Shown: positions 9,046-16,647 of the stretch, piece after piece
Layout: every line of letters starts with the position of its first letter
Numbering within the stretch: position 1 is the stretch's first letter
IMG/VR virus record: IMGVR_UViG_3300031949_000022
Coordinates: 8,397-72,396 of that record
DNA from: a virus
DNA: 64,000 nt
Strand: one strand, 5' to 3'
Made by a program: the position numbers and the translations under genes
The notes under the pieces: generated by a model
Told to the model about the DNA's origin: nothing
Databases searched by the model: none
What the model saw: the letters and a program-made list of their open reading frames with translations, nothing else

Positions 9046-10462
9046 GGAGTTCCTCGTCGTTGTCGCGCTGTTCTTGGATCCCGGTCTCGATTTCGCCCCG
9101 GATCTTGCGTCGAGTGTCCTCGTCGAGCCCCGGAACTACCCCAATGGCAGCCCGGTATTTGGCCTCGATCTGGAACGTCTCGCTCGGAATTCCGAACGTC
9201 AACGCTTCCTTGAGTAGTGCCACCAGCGTCTCGGGAGCGAGCGTTTCGAACTTGTCGAGTCCCTCGACAGTCCACTCTGTTTGATCACCGCGTGCTCTGG
9301 ATAGGAGGTTCAGGATGGACTTGAGAAAGTCTCGGACCAGCACCGCGTAGGCCCGAAGCACCACACGGATTGCCTCAGCATCCGCTATTTTGCTCTCTCC
9401 GCTCCGGCCAACAGCCGCCGCGTTGTTGTCAACTCCGAGCGACATCTGGGCGACGAGCCGGAAGATCTCGTCCTTCTGCGACTTGATTTCCTCTGACGTC
9501 AGGCTCAAATGACCCGTCGGCGGGGCCATGAACTCGGCTGAGTCCTCGGATCCAATCGTGATCCAGTATCCTGCCCCCATCTTTCCGGGGACGAAGTTTT
9601 CAGGGTCGGCCACCTTGAACAGAGGCATCGCATAGCAGGTCCGCTTGATGGACCAACTGAGACCGCTGCTCAGGCGGAAGTGTTCGATCTGGGCTGACTC
9701 TAGGCGGCTCGCGATCCAAAGCCCATCACCGACCGTGAGTTCCACCGCTGGAACACGACCAAGCCCGTGCTTGACCTCAACCTCTGGCGCTATGCTCGAG
9801 TTTTCGTTGAGAGTCTTGCCTTCGTCGACATCGACCCGGTATACGCTGACCGATTCACGGTCGGAAACCGTCCATTCATGGCGGGTCTTGTCGCGTGCGA
9901 CTTCCGGAGTTTCTCGAGGCTTTGATTCCTGCTTGTAACAACACCACAGCAGGTTCCCCCTCTGGTCACGTTCCCAATCCAGTATGGATGGTTGCGGGAC
10001 ATGTCGCAGCTTGATGTCGGTAGCTCCCGTGGCGTCCGCCTCATACAGGCTGCTGGCCTTTCCGTAGGTCTCAGGGAAGTCCAGGGCGACGGTAGCTGTC
10101 TTGGTCACAAGAGCCGCAACTAGGCACTCCCGAAGGAACTCGATGAGGTCGGTGCCTTTTCCGTCGCAATCGTTCTCAACCGATTCGAACCACTCCGGTG
10201 GTTGACCCCCGATCGGCTTGTAGATGATCGGAACAGCGAACATCTGAGCAGCGAAGAAGTCAACGACGGTGCCAATGTAGCTCCGGTATACAGCCTCTTT
10301 GCACCGATCCGACCACGTTTCAAACGGTTCAGCCGGGTTCTGAACCAGGAACCGCTTGACGCGATCCCGGAAGCAACGACCACCCTTGTAAAGCGCGTCG
10401 TAGTCGAGCCACATGTCGACAGTGCGCTCGGGGTGATTGGCGTTCAGTTGCTTGACCAGCAT
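8861..10462 (-). CDS. Portal protein
   Basis: ORF track (533 aa), between terminase and MuF. The last ~60 codons overlap the MuF frame and have low GC3. Confidence 0.75.
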   Translation of the reverse strand: MLVKQLNANHPERTVDMWLDYDALYKGGRCFRDRVKRFLVQNPAEPFETWSDRCKEAVYRSYIGTVVDFFAAQMFAVPIIYKPIGGQPPEWFESVENDCDGKGTDLIEFLRECLVAALVTKTATVALDFPETYGKASSLYEADATGATDIKLRHVPQPSILDWERDQRGNLLWCCYKQESKPRETPEVARDKTRHEWTVSDRESVSVYRVDVDEGKTLNENSSIAPEVEVKHGLGRVPAVELTVGDGLWIASRLESAQIEHFRLSSGLSWSIKRTCYAMPLFKVADPENFVPGKMGAGYWITIGSEDSAEFMAPPTGHLSLTSEEIKSQKDEIFRLVAQMSLGVDNNAAAVGRSGESKIADAEAIRVVLRAYAVLVRDFLKSILNLLSRARGDQTEWTVEGLDKFETLAPETLVALLKEALTFGIPSETFQIEAKYRAAIGVVPGLDEDTRRKIRGEIETGIQEQRDNDEELREIARGVGSGEETGPETDRGDRGPSAPADEEADQDSARRGRGGYQKSSPAVPRGPSKRAAG

Positions 10463-10466
10463 CTCG

Positions 10467-11873
10467 TCACATCAGACCGATGTTGGTCTGGCCCATGACC
10501 AGGGTGGACACTGGACTTGAGCAAGCGTGTAGCGCTAGAGCTAGCGCCCAGGCTCGATCAGCGTGCCCCGCGTCCGTATGGGGGGCATCGTACCTGACGT
10601 TGCCAGCACTCGTGACCTCGCGGCGGATCGAGCATAGCTCGTTCCTGAGCGCTTCTGCTGACCCGGGATCCGAGCCAGGAATAGCCTTGTCGGTTCTGGC
10701 GATCCGCACGGTGTTGTCGGTAAAATGGGTGTAAAGCGACGTCGCCAGGTCTTCCTTGACCGACGGCTTGAAAACCACAGGCTCCACTCGGGATACCCCG
10801 TACTGTCGCTGCATCGCCTCGGCCGGGAAGGCTCCTAGGCCGCTCGAGTCGACACAGAGCCTGCGGGCTCCGCATGTGACGAGCGCGTAGGAAACTAGAG
10901 CGTCTAGCGCTGCCTGATCTGTCCGCTTGCACGTCTTGACGATTCGAAGCCGGATGATCTTGTCCGCTCCCCGGCGTACCAGAACCAAAGCTGTCAAGTC
11001 TGCCGTACGTCCGATGTCGAGCCCTCCGTATGTTGGCCCGCCACTTGAGAGGTCGTCTTCCGAACATGCCGCAATGGCCTCGCTCGGGATGTATTGCATC
11101 GCTCCGTCGATGAATTTGCAGTTGAACAGCTGATCGAATATTCGCGGGTCGCCCTTTGCAAGGGTCCAGCACTTGGCCATGTCGACCCGCATACCGTCGT
11201 TGATGGCCCTCTGGATCGGAAGCATGTGTCCGGCCCAACCATCGTTCTGCTCCGGGCGTTCCCAAAGTTCGTGGAAAGCATTCCCGGTACCGTTTGGAGT
11301 CGATGCCACCCGAAGCCGGTATCCGTGCATCGTGACAGCTGCCGCACCGTCCCACACCTTCTCTGGGCGTTCGAGGTAGGCAAACTCATCCAGGAACACG
11401 TTGCCAGAGAATGACCTGCCGGCTGACGTTTGAGGTAGCGCGATGACGCGCCCGCCGCTCTTGAATTTGATCTCCTCGGCGGAGTCTCGTCCGCTGATGC
11501 CCGCCCATCTGGATCCGAAGTCCCTCAGCAGGGCAGCGTGCGTTTTGGACTTCTCGAGGACCTCTTTCGCTTCGCGCTCTCCCACGCTGATGAGGGTCGT
11601 GGTCTCACCAAACGCGACCCCCCACATGGTGGCGAGCCCACCAGTGGTGTGGCTGAAGCCAGTCTGCCGGCTCTTGTTGCAAATCGCTTGGTCGGAAGGC
11701 TCAAGCAGCCACTGCTGCTGGAACGGGTAGAACGTCTTGAACCAGGCGCCGAAAGCCCGCGCCTCACACGGTGGCAGTTTGGACAGCAGGAAGTCCCGAT
11801 ACTCGCGCCATTCCTGGCTCTCAGGACTCCTCAGAATCATCGTCATCCTCGACTTTGCGTGCCACCTTCCCAC
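10467..11873 (-). CDS. terL: Terminase large subunit
   Basis: ORF track (468 aa). Walker-A-like NKSRQTGFS and ...VFLDEFAY... ATPase motifs; nuclease-half acidic residues. Start may be an internal Met. Confidence 0.85.
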   Translation of the reverse strand: MGRWHAKSRMTMILRSPESQEWREYRDFLLSKLPPCEARAFGAWFKTFYPFQQQWLLEPSDQAICNKSRQTGFSHTTGGLATMWGVAFGETTTLISVGEREAKEVLEKSKTHAALLRDFGSRWAGISGRDSAEEIKFKSGGRVIALPQTSAGRSFSGNVFLDEFAYLERPEKVWDGAAAVTMHGYRLRVASTPNGTGNAFHELWERPEQNDGWAGHMLPIQRAINDGMRVDMAKCWTLAKGDPRIFDQLFNCKFIDGAMQYIPSEAIAACSEDDLSSGGPTYGGLDIGRTADLTALVLVRRGADKIIRLRIVKTCKRTDQAALDALVSYALVTCGARRLCVDSSGLGAFPAEAMQRQYGVSRVEPVVFKPSVKEDLATSLYTHFTDNTVRIARTDKAIPGSDPGSAEALRNELCSIRREVTSAGNVRYDAPHTDAGHADRAWALALALHACSSPVSTLVMGQTNIGLM

Positions 11874-12519
11874 CGAAGCGCTCCGCTACTGCGGCCTGTA
11901 TTGCTGCCGGGGTGATGACCATCGAGTGTTCTATCGGTCCGCCTTCCGGTCCAGAGTGCTCGAGCTCCATCCGGGTCAGCCCGAATTCCTTGGGCCAGCC
12001 GTGCTCCAGCGCCCACGATGCCGCTTTCAGCCTGATGCCGGCTTCGGCAGCGCGCTCGGGAATGACGGGCTCCCTACGGACCTTCCCATTGCCGTCACGG
12101 TCGATGAACGTACCGTGGGACAGGGCCGCAATCTCGGCCCTCAGCGAGGTTTGCGCTACGGCTCTCGCCGCTCGAAACTGTACCGCCCAGGCGCGAAGTT
12201 CTTCAGGTGCGCGCGGATCTTCCTCGGCCTGTTGTACCCATCCCCGGACTGTCCTGTCAGAAACTCCGACCTCCAAAGCGGCGCCCGTGATGGTTCCAAA
12301 GGTCTGCTGGATGATCTGAATGATCTTTTGGCCCTTTTCCTGGTCCCACTTCAGCACCCAGGCCGGGTTGCCTCCCAGCGGGAGGACCGCTTTGCCAACG
12401 ACCTTCATGGGCAGCGGGGGCTTCGCTTTCGGCTCTTTCGCCCGGCACGTTCGCAGGTTATGCCCGCGCTTCCCGCACCTTCTGCACTTATGCACGCGAA
12501 CAGGGCCTTGTTTGGGCAT
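11821..12519 (-). CDS. Small terminase-like HTH protein with N-terminal CCHC zinc knuckle
   Basis: ORF track (232 aa). Has CRRCGKRGHNLRTC (C-x2-C-x4-H-x4-C) and HTH-like ...GAALEVGVSDRTVRGWV.... Lies directly upstream of terL. Confidence 0.5.
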   Translation of the reverse strand: MPKQGPVRVHKCRRCGKRGHNLRTCRAKEPKAKPPLPMKVVGKAVLPLGGNPAWVLKWDQEKGQKIIQIIQQTFGTITGAALEVGVSDRTVRGWVQQAEEDPRAPEELRAWAVQFRAARAVAQTSLRAEIAALSHGTFIDRDGNGKVRREPVIPERAAEAGIRLKAASWALEHGWPKEFGLTRMELEHSGPEGGPIEHSMVITPAAIQAAVAERFGGKVARKVEDDDDSEES

Positions 12520-12533
12520 ATTTTCCCTACATA

Positions 12534-13319
12534 TCAGCCCAGTAGCCCATCCCCTATGGGTTTACCCTTCAGGAGATCCATCACCATGTCTCCGCTCTGG
12601 GCGGGGTTGTCGAGGATCTCGTAACCGGTACGCTCGGCGAGCAGGTCCAGAAACTGCATCCGGTGCTCATGGTTTTTGAACACCAAGAACACGAAGAACT
12701 GGTCGTCGTCGCGAGCCTTCAGGGATCCGATGACCTTCGCCATCCTCTCCTTGGACTCCGCGAGTCGCTCGGACAGCTCCTGTAGACCTGCCGCGTTCCC
12801 CTCGGTCGCGGCCTTGTCGCCGAAAAGAGTGTAGATGTCGGCCGGGTCGAACCCTGTTGCGTCTAAGTCCAGACCAGGAGTCTTGTTCAGCAGCTCGTCG
12901 AGTCCATCAACCGTCCAGTCCCCCTGTGCCGTGGGGTTGTTGAGCAGGATGCAAGCCTCCTTCTCCTCAATCTCCGTCAGCGGAGGAACGGCCTTCGCGA
13001 CCGTCAGGCGATAGTCCTTGGTGCCATAGAGTGCATCCAGGATGCCGAGTCGCTGGTTGCCACCGAAGGCATTGCCGGTGGGCTCGTTCCAGTTGCAGGA
13101 GGGCCCCAGCATACCAAGCTTCTTGATGCCCTTCCTGAGCCGCTTCTTGGACTCATCCGAAAGGATGCGCGGGTTGTAGGGCGCGTTGTGGATCTGGCTG
13201 CGATGAATCTCGACAACGACGAAGCGCTCAACAGATTCCGTAGATGTCTCGGCGCCAGACGACCGCTTCGACGAACGGGAAGACCTCACAGACTTTTCGG
13301 TAGTCGCTTGGGTGTTCAT
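12534..13319 (-). CDS. ParB-like nuclease-domain protein (IbrB-like)
   Basis: ORF track; start moved to MNTQATTEK.... Has ...IHNAPYNPR... and ...GGNQRLG... ParB N-terminal-domain motifs. Start overlaps the upstream gene. Confidence 0.7.
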   Translation of the reverse strand: MNTQATTEKSVRSSRSSKRSSGAETSTESVERFVVVEIHRSQIHNAPYNPRILSDESKKRLRKGIKKLGMLGPSCNWNEPTGNAFGGNQRLGILDALYGTKDYRLTVAKAVPPLTEIEEKEACILLNNPTAQGDWTVDGLDELLNKTPGLDLDATGFDPADIYTLFGDKAATEGNAAGLQELSERLAESKERMAKVIGSLKARDDDQFFVFLVFKNHEHRMQFLDLLAERTGYEILDNPAQSGDMVMDLLKGKPIGDGLLG

Positions 13320-13893
13320 CGTGCAACCACAGGACAGTGGGGGGTTCCAGGGAAATTCCCATTGATTCTCCATTGATCGATGGAGGGATCGGAATCGCTC
13401 TGACCGCCATATAGCTCAGAACGTCTAGCCTTCTCCATCCAGCAATGGGGTTGAGCTCGTCTGGCCAGGCTTTGGCCGTGCAAGCCATCGACCTACGGCG
13501 CGCCATCGAGTCCGACTTGCGTTTCCCTGTGATGACGATATCGCACTGGGCATCGTGCTTCGCAGCGTCGTAGACGTCACGAAACGACCAGGACGGGATA
13601 CCATCCATCGACATGTGCGACGGGCGGAAGTAGCCGCTCTTCAGCGCCGCCACCAGCCCTGGATGTGGGTACTGGCGGATCTGGGTGCCCCACCGCTTGG
13701 TGGCTCGTTCCAGTTGGGATTCGATGACGTCGAGCCCCGGGACGAACCACATGTGGAAGGCTTCGACACTCGCAAAGGTTCTGACTGCCATGTCGAGACA
13801 GCAGCAGGAATCCTTGCCCCCGCTGAAGGCCACCAGAGCATGCTGGCTCGCGTGGCCTCTCAGCAGTCCGAGAGCCTCGTCGATGCGTCCCAC
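13228..13893 (-). CDS. PAPS-reductase-family protein (IbrA-like)
   Basis: ORF track (221 aa). P-loop-like ...VAFSGGKDS... motif of the PAPS reductase / ATP-PPase family. Confidence 0.8.
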   Translation of the reverse strand: MGRIDEALGLLRGHASQHALVAFSGGKDSCCCLDMAVRTFASVEAFHMWFVPGLDVIESQLERATKRWGTQIRQYPHPGLVAALKSGYFRPSHMSMDGIPSWSFRDVYDAAKHDAQCDIVITGKRKSDSMARRRSMACTAKAWPDELNPIAGWRRLDVLSYMAVRAIPIPPSINGESMGISLEPPTVLWLHDEHPSDYRKVCEVFPFVEAVVWRRDIYGIC

Positions 13894-14043
13894 CTATCGA
13901 CCCGAGCCAGCTCCCGTCCCAGTCTTGCGATACCCGCCTCTCGCACCGGCACCTACACGACCAGCACTGATGGCACGGCCTCTCGCGGCCCTCGCCCTGG
14001 CAGCAGCAGCTCTCGCCTGTCCTGATAGTCTCGCAGCGGCCAT
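13894..14043 (-). CDS. Small Arg/Ala/Gly-rich basic protein (49 aa)
   Basis: Internal ATG at 14043 preceded by GGAGG. MAAAR... N-terminus and ...TGTGAGSGR C-terminus match 14508..14720. GC3 only moderate. Confidence 0.4.
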   Translation of the reverse strand: MAAARLSGQARAAAARARAARGRAISAGRVGAGARGGYRKTGTGAGSGR

Positions 14044-14074
14044 TGTTCGGCCCTCCGTTCTGTTGTGTACACGC

Positions 14075-14103
14075 TTGACCCCATGGCCGCGGCGTGGTAC
14101 TAT
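14075..14103 (+). promoter_or_regulatory. Sigma70-like promoter for ASCH moron (TTGACC-N17-TACTAT), ATG 6 nt after -10
   Basis: Read directly: TTGACC 14075-14080, 17-nt spacer, TACTAT 14098-14103, ATG 14110. This geometry predicts a leaderless mRNA. Confidence 0.45.
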
Positions 14104-14109
14104 CTGATT

Positions 14110-14511
14110 ATGCGACTTTTGACGTTGAAACCACCGTGGGCCTACATGTTGGCACACTGTGGGAAGAATGTAGAAAACCGATCCTGGTACACTCCGTACC
14201 GCGGGCCGCTCCTGATCCACTCGAGCCAGTCGTGTAGCAGGAGGTACTACACTGAGGCCGTCGAGTGGCTGGCGTCCCGTGGTCTCCCGTCGCTACCGCC
14301 GTACGAGGACCTGGCGTGTGGGGCCGTCGTCGCCACCGCCTACCTGTCCAGTGTCGTGACTCGCCTCGGATCTTCCTGGTACGAGCCGGGGTCCTACGGG
14401 TGGGTTCTGATCGACATCCAGGCGTTGGCTCGTCCGGTGCCGTGCCGAGGAGCCCTGAAGCTCACGCGGCCTGATGCCGACGTGATCTCCGCGGTCGGGA
14501 TGGCGGGCTAG
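14110..14511 (+). CDS. ASCH-domain protein (opposite-strand moron)
   Basis: Internal ATG (MRLLTLKPPWAYMLAHCGKNVENRSW..RGPLLIHSS...) typical of ASCH/PUA-like. Own promoter-like element upstream. Confidence 0.6.
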   Translation: MRLLTLKPPWAYMLAHCGKNVENRSWYTPYRGPLLIHSSQSCSRRYYTEAVEWLASRGLPSLPPYEDLACGAVVATAYLSSVVTRLGSSWYEPGSYGWVLIDIQALARPVPCRGALKLTRPDADVISAVGMAG

Positions 14512-14720
14512 CGGCCGCTTCCAGCGCCGGTTCGTCGTCGTCGTCGTCCGCCGCCCTTCCCCCCGACTTTGCCCTTGCTCATGAGAGCTCGGCTAGTCGT
14601 CAGGTTTTTGAGGTACGTGGAGCGGGCGTTGGGGTTTGGCTTGCGGGATTGTCCGGCGCGGCTGGCCTCATCGGAGTCGATCGCTCGACCGCGGAAGATG
14701 GCCTTACGCGCGGCAGCCAT
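14508..14720 (-). CDS. Small basic Arg/Gly/Lys-rich protein (70 aa)
   Basis: ORF track; high GC3. MAAAR... start and ...GKGGGRRRRRTGAGSGR end. Confidence 0.5.
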   Translation of the reverse strand: MAAARKAIFRGRAIDSDEASRAGQSRKPNPNARSTYLKNLTTSRALMSKGKVGGKGGGRRRRRTGAGSGR

Positions 14721-14996
14721 CTACCGGCCCTTGCCTTTGCCTCGGCCCTTTTTGGTGCCTTTGCCGCCGCATTTGCTGAATTTCATGCAGACGTCAGGGT
14801 GGCTGGTTGGAATCCACTCGGCCGGGATGTCGATGACGAGACGCCGCGGAGATGGGCGGCGCTTCGGCTCAGCCTGTTCGGTCATCTTTTCGGACCTGGG
14901 AGTTGACCAGCCAACGTTGCCACGGTCTCCGCATAGCGTCCTGCCAAAGGATCTGTGTTGCGTTTCCTCCCACCGGACCCCACCCAGCCCCGTCAC
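14721..14996 (-). CDS. Small protein with Lys/Gly-rich tail (91 aa, or 54 aa from ATG 14885)
   Basis: ORF track; GTGA overlap with upstream gene. Ends ...KCGGKGTKKGRGKGKGR. Confidence 0.45.
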   Translation of the reverse strand: MTGLGGVRWEETQHRSFGRTLCGDRGNVGWSTPRSEKMTEQAEPKRRPSPRRLVIDIPAEWIPTSHPDVCMKFSKCGGKGTKKGRGKGKGR

Positions 14997-15241
14997 GCCC
15001 CGTCGTTTGACCTAGCGTCCGGCATCTGTTCGAAGACCCACTGCTCGAGTCGATCCCACACCTCCGGGAAGGTTGAGCGCAGCAGCGCCTCGGTCGTGAC
15101 ATTCCGGCCGCCTCGCTTGACCAGTGCATTTTCCCTCCGCAGCCAATCGGTAGCTTTTTCGGTCGTCCAACCGTGCTCCGACCCTCCCATCAGGTCTCGG
15201 ACGGTCGGCATGTCGATGTAGAGCGGGAGTTTTAGCCTCAT
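14993..15241 (-). CDS. Hypothetical protein (82 aa)
   Basis: Internal ATG (MRLKLPLYIDMPTVRDL...) in ATGA overlap with the upstream ORF. Confidence 0.5.
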   Translation of the reverse strand: MRLKLPLYIDMPTVRDLMGGSEHGWTTEKATDWLRRENALVKRGGRNVTTEALLRSTFPEVWDRLEQWVFEQMPDARSNDGA

Positions 15242-16023
15242 TTCGCCACCGTCCACCACGTCAGGTGTACCCCCAACGGACCCACCGGGTCGTCGTCATC
15301 GGACCCGGCGTAGGAGTCCTGGGCCTCATGCAGGAGCTGTCGGCACTGACCCCGAGCCTGCTCGAATAGCCGCCGCTTCAGGTCTTCTGGACGCTTCTGC
15401 TGCTGGAGTACCTGCCATTCGGCCACCAGCCGCTCTGCGGGCTGTCCTGCCTCGTCGTGCTCGCCGAGGCGCCTGGATCTGGCCTCGAGGAGTTTCTCGC
15501 CGGCGGCCGTCAGCGGCATGATGGCCGCCCAGCGCCCCAGGCTGCCCGTCTCGTAGCGGTTCGCGGCCAGGCCATGGTAGGCGGCCAGGGCGGAGTAGAG
15601 CCGCCCCTGAGAGGCACGCAGGCGTCGGGAAACCCTACCGTAGCGGCAGAGCACATGGTCGTGGGGGCCATCTCCCCAGGCCCCACCGGAGTCGTCCTGC
15701 CCGTCGGCATCCAGGCTGGGGTCGAATTCCTCGACGAAGGGAGCGGCGGCTCGGCGAAGGATGTCACGGAGCGACGCGTCAAACCCTATGGTGGAGTCCC
15801 GGCAGCAGTTGCGCTGACGATATTCCCAGACCTGGACCCGGTGTTCGGGCGGGCTCAGGACGCGTTCGCCAGCGCTCGTCATCGACAGAGCCTCGGCGGC
15901 CTCCAGCATCCTGCCCCATGGGGAGCCCTCGAAGGCGCTCTGCCCGGCGCCGAAAAACCAGCGGAGGTCCGCCTCATCGTACGTCGTGAATCGTCTGCGA
16001 TCCGTTGCCTGTGGTGCGATCAT
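15238..16023 (-). CDS. Hypothetical protein (261 aa)
   Basis: ORF track; protein-like composition; no motif recognised. Confidence 0.55.
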   Translation of the reverse strand: MIAPQATDRRRFTTYDEADLRWFFGAGQSAFEGSPWGRMLEAAEALSMTSAGERVLSPPEHRVQVWEYRQRNCCRDSTIGFDASLRDILRRAAAPFVEEFDPSLDADGQDDSGGAWGDGPHDHVLCRYGRVSRRLRASQGRLYSALAAYHGLAANRYETGSLGRWAAIMPLTAAGEKLLEARSRRLGEHDEAGQPAERLVAEWQVLQQQKRPEDLKRRLFEQARGQCRQLLHEAQDSYAGSDDDDPVGPLGVHLTWWTVAK

Positions 16024-16039
16024 GCGGTAGCCTTTCTGT

Positions 16040-16288
16040 TCAGGCTATCCGGTTCGTATCAGCCCACCACAGCCCCCGAAGGTTGCCGCCTCCGGGGGCT
16101 TCGTTCGTCATGGTTCTTCCTTGTCTCACCATTTGGGCCAGCGTGTTTCCGCAAGCGCACACCCAAACGATGCACGGGTTCGCCGTGGCCGGCCCAGACA
16201 CTGGACGATCCAAGATGGCCATGAACGCGACGTTGGAATCGGCTACCATCGGGAGCCCACAGTTATTGCACATGATGGGCTTTGTCAC
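16040..16288 (-). CDS. Small Cys-rich (zinc-ribbon-like) protein
   Basis: ORF track. Has CNNCG...CACG pairs; ATGA overlap upstream. Confidence 0.5.
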   Translation of the reverse strand: MTKPIMCNNCGLPMVADSNVAFMAILDRPVSGPATANPCIVWVCACGNTLAQMVRQGRTMTNEAPGGGNLRGLWWADTNRIA

Positions 16289-16647
16289 TTTTCCTCGTCT
16301 CCAAGTGACGCCAACAATGCTGAGTAGTTCACCGTCTCGTGACGGTGCAGTTCAGCGTCAACCATCGCGTCGTGTAGTGCCTGCTCTTCCGGGCCCCGCC
16401 CGATCGTCATCATGTCTTGATAGCCTGGGTCAGCGCGATCGTTGGGGTCCAGTCGCTCGGTGAAGCACACGAGCCGGTACTGATGTCCACATCCACCTTC
16501 GATGCGCTCGCACATCATGATCGCTGCACCGATGGCCGCATCCAGCGTTCTACGTTCGACTGTGCCCCGGAGCCATAGGCCCAAGGACAACGGTCCCTCG
16601 ATTGAGCAGCTGACTCCGTTGTCGGTTAGTTCTGCTTTGAGATTCAC
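16285..16647 (-). CDS. Hypothetical protein (120 aa)
   Basis: GTG at 16647 in GTGA overlap, preceded by GGAGG. Confidence 0.5.
   Translation of the reverse strand: MNLKAELTDNGVSCSIEGPLSLGLWLRGTVERRTLDAAIGAAIMMCERIEGGCGHQYRLVCFTERLDPNDRADPGYQDMMTIGRGPEEQALHDAMVDAELHRHETVNYSALLASLGDEEK

Noticed and set aside
13894-14220. Full 108-aa version of the small Arg/Ala/Gly-rich ORF
   Set aside because: Its N-terminal 59 codons overlap the ASCH gene and its promoter on the other strand and read as junk. The internal ATG at 14043 has a GGAGG site.
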